Shown here piece after piece: positions 1 through 13,008 of a stretch of DNA of 64,000 nucleotides. Each line of letters begins with the position of its first letter. The stretch's first letter is position 1. Location of the stretch: positions 60,574,001 through 60,638,000 of the forward strand of contig NC_058385.1 in the NCBI RefSeq assembly GCF_018350175.1, in the 5' to 3' direction. Origin of the DNA: Felis catus. Its lineage: Eukaryota. The position numbers and the translations under genes were made by a program. The notes below the pieces were generated by a model. It was not told where the DNA came from, did no database searches, and was given only the letters and a program-made list of their open reading frames with translations.

Positions 1-577
1 TGAGGGAGAAAAAAAATCTTATTATGGTAGACATCAACTAATGGGTTGCATTTCTTTCTTCTCAATTAGAAATGGCAGAGGGGTTTTAATTATTTTTCCT
101 TANNNNNNNNNNNNNNNNNNNNNNNNNNNNNNNNNNNNNNNNNNNNNNNNNNNNNNNNNNNNNNNNNNNNNNNNNNNNNNNNNNNNNNNNNNNNNNNNNN
201 NNNNNNNNNNNNNNNNNNNNNNNNNNNNNNNNNNNNNNNNNNNNNNNNNNNNNNNNNNNNNNNNNNNNNNNNNNCATAAATCTATTATTGTATCTTCAAG
301 AGCAAAAATGGAAATTGAGCAACAAAGGCACCACTGATAAATGCAACTAGCCCCCCAGAATCATTGAGATGATCTCATTAGGTAGGAGAGATAACAGGGA
401 ATGTCAGGGTTTCAAAATGCTCTCTTGGGGGGAAAATATCCAAAATTCCAAAGAGGAATTTGGGGTAACTTTAGTCCCCCATATCCTAAGTTATCATACA
501 TTAAAGGAAAAGGAGGCTTTTTCTTTGGTGAGCAGTGGAGGGCACAGTAGAGATGGAACCCAGAAATGAAACGCACT

Positions 578-812
578 TGATGAAAGCACAGCTCCAGGAG
601 TCAGGCAGCCTGCATCTCCGTTCTGGGCTCTGCCACTTACTACCTGTATAACTCTAACCTATTTGTGGCTTAGTTTCTGTATTTAAAACAGGGGATAAGA
701 ATAGGACCTGTTCTTATTTATATGTTTGCTGTTTGCTGTAAGGATTAAATGACATAATAAATGTAAAGTGTATAAAATGTGCTCTGTAGACATTTATTAA
801 TATTATTATCAC
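578..812 (+). mobile_element. MIR SINE (ancient)
   Basis: MIR core: ggctctgccacttactacctgt...aggattaaatgacataataaatgtaaagtg; boundaries approximate. Confidence 0.75.
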
Positions 813-1419
813 CTTAATTATCATTCTGTCAGTTATCAGTGGAAATACATGATAGAATATTAGACTTCCATCATAATCTAGAAGTGGTGCAGAGTCAGGC
901 CAAAGGGTCAGAATTGGGAGTTTATGGATTCAAAATCCAGAGTCAAGAAACCCAAAACAAGGACAAAATGAGTTAGGAACCCAAAAGGCAGTATGAGTAA
1001 TGAAGAAAAATCCAAGGATGACAATTTTAGGGATGGTGCCAATAGCTGAATTACTTTGTTTCCAGATTAACTTTGTTACAGCAGAGACACCCTAGCAAAA
1101 TCAGACATTCTTCCTCTGTCATCTTCATCTAATCAATCCCCGCCCTTACCTTATTCTGGGTCCAGAAGCCACTATCTTAAATAAGTACAGAGAACATGGA
1201 CCCAGTCATAACGGATTGGGATTCAGCACCAAGTCCCCAGTTTTTGAGAGGTGTGGGATGGAGTGGTTATTAGACAAGGTCCAACACTGGGGCAAAAGGC
1301 AAATATTTTCTCCCAAAGAAATAAATTCCCAGTCTTAATCCAAGACGGTAGCCGTTGCCGAACCAACAGTAAGTTTACTTTTATGTTGATAACTTGAGGA
1401 TTCTTAAATGTTCCCTACT

Positions 1420-1578
1420 TGCATACTTCTCCAAATGATGATCTTATCTGGGGATTATCATTTTAAAAAGTCAATTCTAAGGCTCCATATGAATCAGAAT
1501 CCTTGGGAGATGAGGTCTAGGACTGTAAAATGCTCCCCAGGAGATCCTTATGTACACTGAACTTTGAGGATAACTAGA
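1420..1578. mobile_element. MER5-type hAT-Charlie MITE fragment
   Basis: gaatcagaatccttgggagatgagg...ctccccaggagatccttatgtacactgaactttgagga resembles MER5 end. Confidence 0.55.
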
Positions 1579-2599
1579 CTAAAGGCTCAGCCAGCCTAGG
1601 GCACTGGACCCAACTGGAACAACAAGAGATATAAAACAACAGGGAGTCAGTCACATCTCGTTTGCATGATCTGATCCTCCAAACTCCCCCAGTGCAACCT
1701 TTATTGAATATAAAAGTTGCAACCATTCACCATCCAGCGAAGGTTATCAAAAACTGTGGGAACCAAAAAATAACTAAATGACATAATTTTGCTTCCCTCA
1801 TTGAAGAACAAAAATCTCAATGTGGTGGTGTATTAGAATCGATTGGGGTGACTGTCAAACTCTGAAGGCGTGTCCTCCACCATTATCTAAGGGCTACAGG
1901 ACAAGACAAAAGAACTGGAAGATGCAATCCCAACCTTGGGGTAGTTGCCGCAGAGTTAGAAAATTGATACAAACAGTAAGCACTCAGTGGGTATTTGCTG
2001 AAGTGAATTGACTAGGAGCTGTCTGTAAGAACTTGAAAGGTTTGCAAGTGGAATAAGAAGTAAAAGGAATTAGCATTTATTGAGTACTCACATACCAAAC
2101 TAGGTGTGAATACCAGACAAGATTCTTTTTACTCTCTTATTGCCATGTCTGCAGCCCTCTTCTGAAGGCAACAGCCACACATGCAGTTTCTAATGAGGTA
2201 CACCTATGGCATATTCTTAAAATATGACATTCTACCATGTAATTCTTGGCCCTTGGGCACAACAGGGCACCTGAGAAAAGGACAGACAAGCTACCTCCTG
2301 CCCAATGGCCTATGAGGTCACTGCTTCAAACATTCTACCCTTAAAGTAGCAATTAACCAATCTACTCACATTGCCTTGGAAATGCATACTAGCACCGTGA
2401 GCTTCTCCTGTAAACTTTATTTTGACCCCACATTATTAGACATTCTCTTCCCCATTTTAATCATGAGCAAAAGTAGAACTAAGCAAGAATAAATGATATT
2501 CCACGTTAGATCTCTGTGATGTCAAAGCTTACACTTGTACAGACAATTGACCTAGAAACTCTAAAATGAACATTACAAAAAAAGAAAATCAATAAAAAG

Positions 2600-2760
2600 G
2601 AAAAATTCTCTCACAACTGAAGCTGTCAAAGTAAGCCATTGCAGGATCAGGGGAATTTCTACCCAAAGGTTGAATAACCTCTGTTTGAGGAGGCCAATCT
2701 GGGAAGAAAAAGCTGGACAAGATGGATTCTACAATCTCTTCCAACCTAAGATATAATAAT
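2600..2760 (+). mobile_element. L3/CR1 or MIR3 3' end fragment
   Basis: ctggacaagatggattctacaatctcttccaacctaagat resembles the shared L3/MIR3 3' terminus. Confidence 0.45.
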
Positions 2761-2960
2761 TTATTGGCAAACAGCTGGGCACCACATTAAGTTAATTCCT
2801 TTTTTGTCTTGGCAAAAGTAAAATGTATTCTTGCAGAAACTTCTATTGGCAGTGTGGTTGCCTTGTAAAAGTAGAAAAGAAACTGGGAAAACTATTTTTT
2901 TTCCTTCTCAGGATTTTCAGACATGGCTTATGGTAGAATAGGATTAAAGGGATATGCAAA

Positions 2961-3177
2961 GTATAGCACAGTGGTTAAAAACACTAGTAAAAGTGGGTTT
3001 GAATCCTGGCTCTGCTCTTATGAGTTGTGTGAGTTGGGACATGTTGTTTAACCTTTCAGAAATGCATTTTCCTCGTTCAAAACAACTCACCTCATTAGGT
3101 TATTGAGAGAATAAAATAATGCATGTAAAGTGCTTACCACAGACCATATGTCAAACTGTCAATAAATGGTAACCATT
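2961..3177 (+). mobile_element. MIR SINE
   Basis: gtatagcacagtggttaa...gggtttgaatcctggctctgc...catgtaaagtgctta...caataaatgg. Confidence 0.8.
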
Positions 3178-3454
3178 AAACAACATAGAGTACAGTTGGT
3201 TGATGGAACATTCATGTGTTTTTGAGCTGCTGTGTTACCCTGGTACTTGACTTGGAAGCTTCTGAAAATTCCTAGCAGGAGGAGGAATGCATGAAATAAT
3301 GTCCAATATGTGAGGAAGAGAAAACTTGTTTTTTATAGGACACAGAGACAGGGCTTTGGATTCCCACAGACCTGGTTTTTCTTCCCTGCTCAATATCAGA
3401 AAGATCCTGAATAAATGATTTGGACCCCCTATACTTCAATGACCTAACAGGAAT

Positions 3455-3977
3455 ATATAATTAGGATGCTTTTGGCTGCAAGTAACTGAATGCCTGAGTA
3501 CAACTGACTCAAACAATTGTGGCTTATTTTGCTAATACACCATGTGGTCCAGAGATAGTTCCAGAGTTGATTCTGTAGCTCAACTATTCAGATACTAAGT
3601 TGGTTTCTCTGCAATTGTCTTGGTTCCCCACTCATGATCTCAAGATGGCTACAATGGTTCCAGGAATTATATTCTCACATAAAAATGCCCAAAGCTGGAA
3701 GGAGCTGAGAAGCACTTCCTCTTGTGCTACAACTTTGCCTTTTCACCAAGAGGAAAATCTTACCAAGAAGCCCCCAGCAGATGTCTCCTCAGGTCCTACT
3801 GGCCAGAACTGGGTCACATGTCCACCTCTAAACCAAGAGGTATCATGACACTGGTAGGACATGATACTATGATTGAATCACTCATCGCCCATGGCCACCC
3901 CACATCTGAACAAACCAGAGTTTTGTTAGTAAGGAGTACTGCAGAGGGAAGATAGGCAAACAGTAGTGACTGCTCCT
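3455..3977 (-). mobile_element. MLT1 (J/K-like) ERVL-MaLR solo LTR
   Basis: ttaggatgcttttggctgcaagtaac start; caagatggct and ggccagaactgggtcacatg motifs typical of old MLT1 in reverse orientation. Confidence 0.7.
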
Positions 3978-4917
3978 TTTATCTTCCAAGCATGTTGTAA
4001 AGCTCAAACAATACTATAATGTATCTAGCACGTGGTAAGTGCTCAATACATATTTGTTCCTCCTTAGTAATTAAAAGATCTAAAATCCATAATACTCTCA
4101 GGTTAAACTGTCCCCAAACTGGAAGTATTGACTTGTATAGATATATTAGGAATAACTATTTAATATACAAAAAATGTCTTTTCTTTAAAAAGATTCAATA
4201 TCATATTCACGGAAATGTTAGGTCTCCACTGCATTTAAGTTGTATCTTAGTAAATGCTAAGTAAACAAAATATACATAATCAATATTTTGACACATCTCT
4301 ACAGCTTCCAATACACTGCATTAATGTATCATCATAGTCTTCATCATTTACTGAGGGTTTATTGATATCTACAGAAATCATGTTTGTGGGATAGGAAAGT
4401 GATGTCATACAAAATCATTCAGTTCAAAAGTTTATAGGACTAAAATGGAGTGTGGACATTCATGTGTAGCAACAGGTATGAATATCAGATTGGCCAAAGC
4501 AGGGCTTTGAGACACCCCTTACTGTACTTTTCTTTGCTGATGACGCTTTACATGGTGTTTAATACTCTGATTTCTCTTCAGATTGCATAAACCTTTCGCC
4601 TTTTACAAAGCGTTTAAATACTGCAAAGCTTTCCATGCGTCCATACCTTGTATAGTTCCCTCTACCCTTTATAAAGCTTGTTCCCATCTTGTGAAATCCA
4701 ACTCCATTCTCTTCTTCCCTGCAAAGACTTTCTGGGCTTCCCCACTCCAGGGGCAATTACTTCCTCATATGGTCTCTCAAAGCTACACCTCTTTTGTCCC
4801 ACTTGACACTGTAATGATTTACTCATTACAGTGTTCTTGGGGGTGAAGAACTGGGCTATGTTCACACTGATAGTCCCAATGCCTAGTGCATTATTCAGCA
4901 TATATCAAAATAGCACA

Positions 4918-5136
4918 GGCGCCTGGGTGGCTCAGTCGGTTGGGCATCCGACTTCAGCTCTGGTCATGATCTCACAGCTCATGAGCTCGAGCCCCACATC
5001 GGGCTCTGTGCTGACAGCTCGGAGCCTGGAGCCTGCTTCGGATTCTGTGTCTCCCTCTCTCTCTGCCCCTAACCCACTCACATTCTGTCTCCATCTCTCT
5101 CAAAAATAAACATTTAGAAAATAAATAAAACAAAAT
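4918..5136 (+). mobile_element. Can-SINE (SINEC, feliform type)
   Basis: ggcgcctgggtggctcagtcggtt head, (CT)n, A-tail; TSD aaaatagcacaggc at 4907-4920 and 5137-5150. Confidence 0.95.
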
Positions 5137-5189
5137 AAAATAGCACAGGCAACAAATCTTTACTGAATGAGTGCTTTCAATGTTTTGTG

Positions 5190-5365
5190 CACCTACTACG
5201 TGTCAGGCACTTGTAAGAGAAGCTTTAGATATATTTTGAGTCTGCTGACAATCTAACGAATGAAGAGAATGAATCTCAGGGAGATTAAGTGATTTACTCA
5301 AACTGAAGCAGTTTACTGAGGCACAATCTCCATTTGAAACTATTTCTGTCCTTCTCCAAAGCCTG
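5190..5365 (-). mobile_element. MIR SINE
   Basis: cacctactacgtgtcaggcact...gaatctcagggagattaagtgatttactcaa (reverse MIR core). Confidence 0.6.
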
Positions 5366-5799
5366 GATATTCTCCAATATGTTACGAAGGCTTCATGGAA
5401 GCTTCATGGCTGGAGCAATGTCAACATTAGCCAAAAGTACCATTTATATGTTTACTTTGACTTCTCTTGTTTTTTTTTTTTTTACAATATACAACTAGAA
5501 GTCATACCCTTCATTTATTAGAAAGAAAAAAATAACCAAAGCAAACATATTATTATTTTCATTTCCTTCTTCTGGACAAACTCAGTCCTACAGTGCTATA
5601 ATGAAAAGCTTAAGTAAATGTGTGATTATTCTATAAATAAACTATCTCAAGCTGGTATTAATGCAGAGTAAAGCTTGGTCACCTACTGCTGGGGTTTTAG
5701 AGTGATAATCACATCTCTTTTCCCACAAGTGAAGAGTAGATATATGAGTCAAATGAAAGATAAAAATATTTGTTTCCGTGAAAACTAAATTTGAAAACA

Positions 5800-6205
5800 G
5801 AACTTGGCACCACACCAGACGCCCTTTAGGGCTCAGTGCACACACCCTCAGCTGCCGTGTGTGTTGACTGCTGAACATCTCATAGACGACCGCCCAAGAG
5901 TTGTCCTCAGCTGATGGGACCACTTCACCTGAGAAGTTACACGTCCATCACTCCCTCTCTCCACCCCACCCCAACCCTCTTGTCTCAAGGAGAAGCAACT
6001 TTGCTGTGGTTTCTATGTGCTGGGCCCTCTCCCTGTGATACAGGTGAACCTGACCTGAGGCCACATCTTGCCTTGCTCAGCTCCTTCCCTTTCCCTATTC
6101 TGCTTCTCTCCTCCCTTACGTGTTTTCCTGAACACTCTCTCAATAAACCACATTTACTTAAATCCCTGCCTCCAGCTCTTCTGCTAGTGAACCCCACCAA
6201 AGACA
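5800..6205 (+). mobile_element. LTR16-like ERVL solo LTR
   Basis: 3' end ...gaacactctctcaataaaccacatt...aaatccctgcctccagctc...gaaccccaccaaagaca with poly(A) signal and terminal CA. Confidence 0.65.
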
Positions 6206-6695
6206 CTTTGCTTAGATTTGAGGCCACAATTAGGCTTTCTAATTCCACCACCCATACAGACACCCTGAATTTAACTTTATCACCACCACCCCGGTCACAG
6301 GAACAGCTGGATACCAGCAAGGATGCACTGAAATGGCTTCTACAGAGAAAAGGAGGCCAGAAAGAGACCCAAAATGCTTTTCCTGTACTTTTCCCTCCCA
6401 GGAAAGCAAAGTAAAAGTTCTCTTCTAACTAGCACTAACCTATACAGAGCCTTTGTATGACACTGGAGAAGGCACATTTCAGTTGGTAGAGTCCACACCA
6501 GTGTAGACATGGCTCGGTCAACTGAGAACAGCTCAATTTCAGTTGCTCTCAGCCTCTTGTCCTGGCTTCTTTGTATAGGACCAACCCGCACAGTGGCGAT
6601 GAAGGCCTTACCCTATAGAAACATGACTGGGAAAAAGATCCCCTCCTCACCACCCATACTGAAGGGACTAACAGCAACCAATGGACAAATATCTA

Positions 6696-6895
6696 ACCCT
6701 GGGGTTCAATCCTGGATGGCCTGTGTATTATCATGACCTTGGGCAAACTGCTTCCCCTCTCTTTGGCTTCATTTTTCTCATCTTTAATGTAGGGATAATA
6801 AAAGCACACTCCTCATATGGTTGTGGTGAAGATGACTTAAGTTAATGCATGCAAGGTATCTAGAGTAACTTCTGATACATGAAAAGCTCTAAATA
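6696..6895 (+). mobile_element. MIR SINE
   Basis: gggttcaatcctgg...tgaccttgggcaa...ttctcatctttaatgtagggataata...cctcatatggttgtggtgaagat. Confidence 0.75.
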
Positions 6896-7456
6896 TACGT
6901 GAGATAGATGGCATTACTTGTCATAACTGCACATGAGAAACTATAAAGAGTGCACCCCATTTGATTTGGGGACAAAAATCAGAAAAAAATGCCACCCTCT
7001 GGAATTAAGCAAGTGAAAGAACTTATGGTAAAAGACACTGCCTATCAGAAAAATAGCCCTATCTTAAGGAGATGTTTTGGAAGCTGTCTGCAAATGAGAA
7101 AAGGCAGATTCTCAAACCTCTACCTAGGAAATCCAATCACCAACCATGGCAAAACACCTAAGGAATGTGCTCAGAAGAGCATAATTGGGACCTAATAATT
7201 ATTCAAGTTATGATCATCTCGATGATGCTGTGATGTACCTAGCAAGTAGCACAACTCAATAATATTGTCTTGTGGTTGATGTAGAAAGGGTATTGGTTAA
7301 TAACAGTTTATGTTTTTCAAGTATTGTCTGGGGTGAAAAATAATTACATTGGGTGGACACAAGTATCCTCATCACTGGGAAATTATATTCTATGACAAAG
7401 GTGAAATAATTCACAAAGCTGTAATACAACTTAAGCAGTACATTACTACTCTAGAA

Positions 7457-7893
7457 CAGTAGTCCTTAAAGTGGACCTCCAGACCACAGCATCAGCATCT
7501 CCTGGAAATCTGTTAGAAATGCAAATTCTCAGGGCACCTGGGTAGCTCAGTTGGTTAAACATCTGACTTTATCTCAGGGCAGATCTCACAGCTCATGAGT
7601 TTAAGCCCTGCATCAGGCTCTGTGCTGACAGCTCAGAGCCTGAACCCTGCTTCTGATTCTGTGTCTCCCTCTCTCTGTCCCTCCCCGGTTTGCCCATGCG
7701 CACTCTCTCTCTCTCTCCCTCTCTCTCTCTCAAAAACAAACGTTAAAAAAAATGTTTTAAAGAAAAAAAATGCAAATTATTGGGCTCCTCTCCTGACCTA
7801 CTAAATCAGAAACTCTGGGGATAAGACCCAGAGACATACGTTTTATAAGCCTGCTAGGTGATTCTAAGACACACTAAAGTTTAAGAACCATAG
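7457..7893. mobile_element. MER5A hAT-Charlie MITE interrupted by a Can-SINE
   Basis: cagcatcagcatctcctggaaatctgttagaaatgcaaatt...aatcagaaactctgggg...aggtgattct...ctaaagtttaagaacca. Confidence 0.8.
7531..7767 (+). mobile_element. Can-SINE inside MER5A
   Basis: SINEC head, (CT)n and A-tail; partial TSD aaatgcaaatt at 7517-7527 and 7768-7778. Confidence 0.93.
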
Positions 7894-9918
7894 TGTAGAC
7901 CGTGCATTCCTCTGTGCTCTCATTCAGGGCTCATAAGCAACCTGGAGATGATGGATTGATTTGACAGGCTAGTGTTTAAGAGGAATCTACTTACTATATG
8001 TAGTTGCTTAAATAATTGGCATTCTGGCACACCATAATTTCTTGAAATTTTTATTACTGTGCAACAAATTCCAAGAGCCTGACAACCATAAATGTACTGA
8101 CAAGCTTCCTTCTCAACCTACTAAATCTCCTGATGGCATCTTTCTCTATTCAGACCCTTAGCCATGGTGATCCTCTCTGTTGAAATAAAAATTAAAAAAT
8201 CAACTAAGGGAACACACATGAAGACAAAAAGGTGTACATCTCACTGCCATTTCCACCATCCACACATACATATCCATCCCTCAGAAGAAATTTTATAAGG
8301 CTCTGACCGAGAAGAACCAAAACTAAGCATCCCTTATGCCTGAGTTCCAAACTCACAGGACACAATAAATTCAACGGGAAAGGATTCAGCTTGACTAAAA
8401 ACATGCCCATGATCCAACACTGAAACTACGCTTAAACTGGACATAAATTAGTCTTCCCTAAATTAGAATGAGATCTATACAGTGCTTCTCTTCCAAGTGA
8501 AAGTCTAAAGCATGCACGTGTATGTGCATGTGTGTGTAACAAGATACAATTTCAGGGAAGCAATATCCTTTCCTAATATACCAGTTAAGAACAAACAGTC
8601 TCTGGATCATCACAATAACAAATAAATAAATAACTTCTAATGATTCCAATAAATAAATCAGTAGCTTCTTTGTATGCCATTTTTACTGATGAGAAGGAAA
8701 TGGGGGAGAGTGGCAGAGGATGTCGAAAAAGCACTATTTTAACTAACTCTGTTGCATCACATGGGCTTACTTCCCTTTGAACTGTGTTTTAATCAAAGCA
8801 GGTTGATTTCCACTTCGTGGAAATGTTTCATTTCAAGCCACTGGAGTTTTATGAGTTTTTCTACCACATTTTACTGGAGCCTTGTAAATCTTATGAAATT
8901 CTGGAATGTCTAGACCATAAAAACCTGTCATTTGAACATGTTTTCTATAGAGATGTTTCTCCTCTATGCAGACTCACATGGAAGAAAAAAAAAAAAAACT
9001 TTAAGATATGTCCCATAGTACCTGAGTTAAAAGATCACCTTTTCAGTTGACTGGAATTTCACCTGTCACAGAAAAACCTTTTTAGAACCATCTAAAAGAC
9101 TGAATGAAACCATTCCTAATAATCATGATTTTAGAAGTTTATTACCTTTACCCTGTATGCCTCTTGAATTCAATCCTGTTAAAGACACGTAGTACCAAAT
9201 GTACATCTTATGAGAACTCTAAAGCCAATGACAGGCTGCTGTCATGAATGCACATTCATCGCCATTATCAAAGGAGGTAAGTGTGCCAGTAACTGAGAAC
9301 CAGCTTCCAAGATTGCTGCAAAGAGCCCCCTCCCAAATACAAACACATACTGCAACAAGGAAAAAGTGTTCTACAACTTTAATGAAATAGTATCCACTCC
9401 TGAATGCTGCTAAATGAATCACTCCTTGCTCATGACTTTTATTGATTTGGTCTCAGAGTAAACAGAAACAAATTAGCATTATTTTCTACTTGTTTGTCTA
9501 AAACATTGAGGACTGCTAATCATGCACAAGAGTTTCTGTACTGTGATCCCTAAAGCTATTTGCGTCAAATCCCTCAGTCACCTACGTAAACAGTTTCAAT
9601 GCATGGGCAAACACTGATGGATGAATCCAAATATTTATTTCATGCTAATTTTATGAATTCTATGTGAAACCACTGTTTTATCCTAAATATGAAGAGAAAG
9701 GTGCTAACATTGCTTTCACCTCCTTCAGATGGTTGGTGTCTGGGTTTAGAGAAGCCCTTTATATGAGGAACTACTTCTCTTCCGGGAGAGCAAGGAGTAA
9801 TTGAAACCCTGCGAATGAGGCAGTTATCAGGAAGTATTTATATCAGATAAGAGTGGACCAGAATGTCCAGGTTAAGATAATCAGAAAGTTGTTTTAGTCT
9901 CTAAGGAAACAACCTTAT

Positions 9919-10150
9919 GGGGCACATGGGTAGCTCAGTCCGCTAACCGTCCAACTCTTGGGTTCAGCTCAAGTCATGATCTCACGGTGCAGGGATCGAG
10001 CCCCACATCAGGATCTGCAGTGACAGTGCACAGCCTGCTTGGGATTCTCTGTCTCCCTCTCTCTCTGGCCCTCCCCAGCTCACACTGTCTCTTTCTCTCT
10101 CAAAATAAATAAATAAACTTAAAAAGAAAAAAAAGAACGAACGAAAGAAA
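9919..10150 (+). mobile_element. Can-SINE (older subfamily)
   Basis: ggggcacatgggtagctcagt...; TSD gaaacaacctta at 9906-9917 and 10151-10162. Confidence 0.93.
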
Positions 10151-10902
10151 GAAACAACCTTACACGTAGGACACTTGTGAGTCCCCATCCTGGAAATAGG
10201 TGTGAAATGCCTGAAAATAAACATGTTAATTGAGTTATCTCTGAACTGAGATACACAGTTAGTGCCATGTGATTTCCAGATCCCTGTTCATTCCACTAAG
10301 GATGTTGCCCATCGATGTGGAATCAGAAGACCTAAGTTTATTCGTTTTCTCTCATTTAACTTGCTCTGTGACTTTAAATCATTTACTGCTTCTCTGAGCT
10401 CAGTTTCTCCATTTGAACTAAAAGATGGTTGGCAGTTTTTAAGGTATTAGTCAACTAACTGAACAGCTCACTGGATGTCCTCTCTTATCCCTTTAAGCCA
10501 ATGAGCAAAAGCTCTGGAGTGATATTTGATCCTGGAGGGACACAATGAATTGCTCCATGATGAACATAAAAATTGTTAATCTCATAATTCTTATAAATCT
10601 ACCCCATAAATAATATACAATCTGCATGCAATAATAACATTACATGTCATTTGTATGGCACAATCCATCAAATTTTATATGTTGTATCATCCTTACAGCC
10701 ACTCATTGTAGTATTATACCACATGAGGAAAACAAGTTCAGAAAAGTTATGAAAATTGCTCAAGATCACAGGAAGTCACACACTACAATTCCTCTGATCC
10801 TTGCTATATGAAAACAAAAGGAAGGGGGAATAGAAATTAAGAAGTGCTTAATCTTAAATCTAGAGAGACAAGGTCATAACTCTTAAAGAAAATACATGTC
10901 TA

Positions 10903-11108
10903 GGGGCGCCTGGGTGGCTCAGCCAGTTGAGCGTCCGACTTCAGCTCAGGTCATGATCTTGCGCTCCGTGATTTCAAGCCCCACATCGGGCTCTGTGCTG
11001 ACAGCTCAGAGCCTGGAGCTGCTTCGGATTCTGTGTCTCCCTCTTTCTCTGTCCCTTCCCCGCTCATGCTCTGTCTCTGTCTCTCAAAAATGAATACACT
11101 TAAAAAAA
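10903..11108 (+). mobile_element. Can-SINE
   Basis: full head-body-(CT)n-tail; its tail is the target of the next SINE. Confidence 0.95.
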
Positions 11109-11115
11109 GTTAAGA

Positions 11116-11367
11116 GGGGCGCCTGGTTGGCGCAGTCGGTTAAGCGTCCGACTTCAGCCAGGTCACGATCTCGCAGTCCGTGAGTTCGAGCCCCGCGTCA
11201 GGCTCTGGGCTGATGGCTCGGAGCCTGGAGCCTGTTTCCACTTCTGTGTCTCCCTCTCTCTCTGCCCCTCCCCTGTTCATGCTCTGTCTCTCTCTGTCCC
11301 AAAAATAAATAAAAAAAAAAAAACATTGAAAAAAAAAAATTTAAAAAAAATAAAAAAAAATAAAAAA
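11116..11367 (+). mobile_element. Young felid Can-SINE (SINEC_Fc-like)
   Basis: CpG-intact body, gatggctcggagcctggagcctgtttcc diagnostic, long A-tail; TSD aaaaaaagttaagag at 11102-11116 and 11368-11382. Confidence 0.95.
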
Positions 11368-13008
11368 AAAAAAAGTTAAGAGAAAAAAAGTATTGTGGAA
11401 TATTGGGGAAAAAATATTCTGGAGTTGTGAGATCCAGCTTGACATTACCACCCTGCTACTTACTAGTCATGTCTCACTTAGCGCCATTTCCCAATCTGTT
11501 AAATGGAAATAATAATGTTGCAGGCAAAAGCACTTGCAAACTATATCTTCTATTATAAATATTGGTGATTATTATTAATAATGGTAAACAGTGATAAAAT
11601 CCATGGGGTAATAATATAATAATAATCTCTTTTAACATATATTTATCTGTCATCAAAGCACATATAAAATAAATTAGATTAACTTAAATGAAGGAGGGGG
11701 AAAGGAAAAGAACCATGTAGGAACTAGAAAAGGTCCAAATTATGAAGCACATTTAGAAAAATTAACTTTCATTTTTAAATACTACTTTAAGTCTGGAAAC
11801 TGCAGAAGAATTACTTACTCAACTTTTAAGAAATCAAAATTAATGAAATTCTATTGAACACTTTTAAATGTATGGCCCCCCCAGGTGCATAAAATAACCC
11901 TAAAATGGATATTTGGGCCTGGAGTAAAGAACGCATCTTGGCATACTAAAATAAATAAAGCATCCTTAATATAGTATTAAACTAAGTTATAAAACACACA
12001 GGAAACAATGAGGTTACTAAAGCAGCTCTTCTAACTGCTAAAGAAGCCTTTTTGTAATGCATGACCTAGAGTCATTACAGGCCCAAAGTAAGGTGTGTGC
12101 CAAGGTAGGTGTCAGAAAGGAACCACTGGCGCTCCATCGTTTTTAAAAAATTTAAGAAATGTCTGGCCCAAAGTGAAATCATCTCTGCCACCCTTCAGTT
12201 CATGACACAGAGCTCTTAAAACCCTTATAAACAGGGGTGCTAGGAGAACCTTTTGTTCTAACATTTCATTTTTGACCCCAGGTCCTGGGGCAGACCTTCT
12301 AAATCTCTTGTGATTTCCTCGGTGATAGTTGTGGCTTTTGTCCTAATGAGGTGACTCTTGCTGGGCTCCTGGATGCGGGCTGGTCACCAGAAAGACCAAG
12401 CTCTGATTAGGAACTTGAGCTTTCAGCCCCAGCCCCATTCTTCAGAGAGGGGTGAGGAGCTGGAAATGCCTACACAAGGAAGCCTCCGTGAAAATCCCAA
12501 TAGCACGGGGGTTCGAGGAGCTTCTGACTGGTGAACATATCCAAGTACTGGGAGGATAGCGCACCCCATCTTCATAGGATAGAAGTTCCTGGGCTGAGAG
12601 CCCTTCCAGATCTCACCCTATGAATCTCTTCATCTGGCTGTTCATCTGTGTCCTTTATTATACAATAAACTGATACACGGAAGGAAAGTGTTTCTGTGAC
12701 TTTGGTAGCGAATAATCAAATTAAAGCGGGGGGGGGGCGGGTCATGGGAACCTCCAATTTGCAGCTAAGTAGGACAGCTGTTGTGGGTAACCTGGGGCTC
12801 TGCTGCAATAGTCCCCTCTTATCCACAGGGGCTCCTGTGGGTGTCCCAAGACCTCCAGTGGGTGCCTGAAACTGGGGTAATACAGAGCCCTATATATACA
12901 ATGTTTTTTCCTACACATACATACCTACTATAAAGTTTAATTTATAAATTAGGCACAGTGAGAGATTAACAATAACTAATAATCAAATAAAACAAGTGTA
13001 CTAATACA

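Noticed and set aside
4831-5109. Recurrent GAWVAQSV...SDSVSPSLSAP peptides in many ORFs
   Set aside because: Translations of Can-SINE bodies, not a gene family.
5914-6414. 166-aa ORF
   Set aside because: Runs through an LTR16-like element; low-complexity Leu/Pro/Ser composition.
6989-7004. CTCF-like site (reverse CCAGAGGGTGGCA)
   Set aside because: Mismatches in the core; too weak without a PWM scan.
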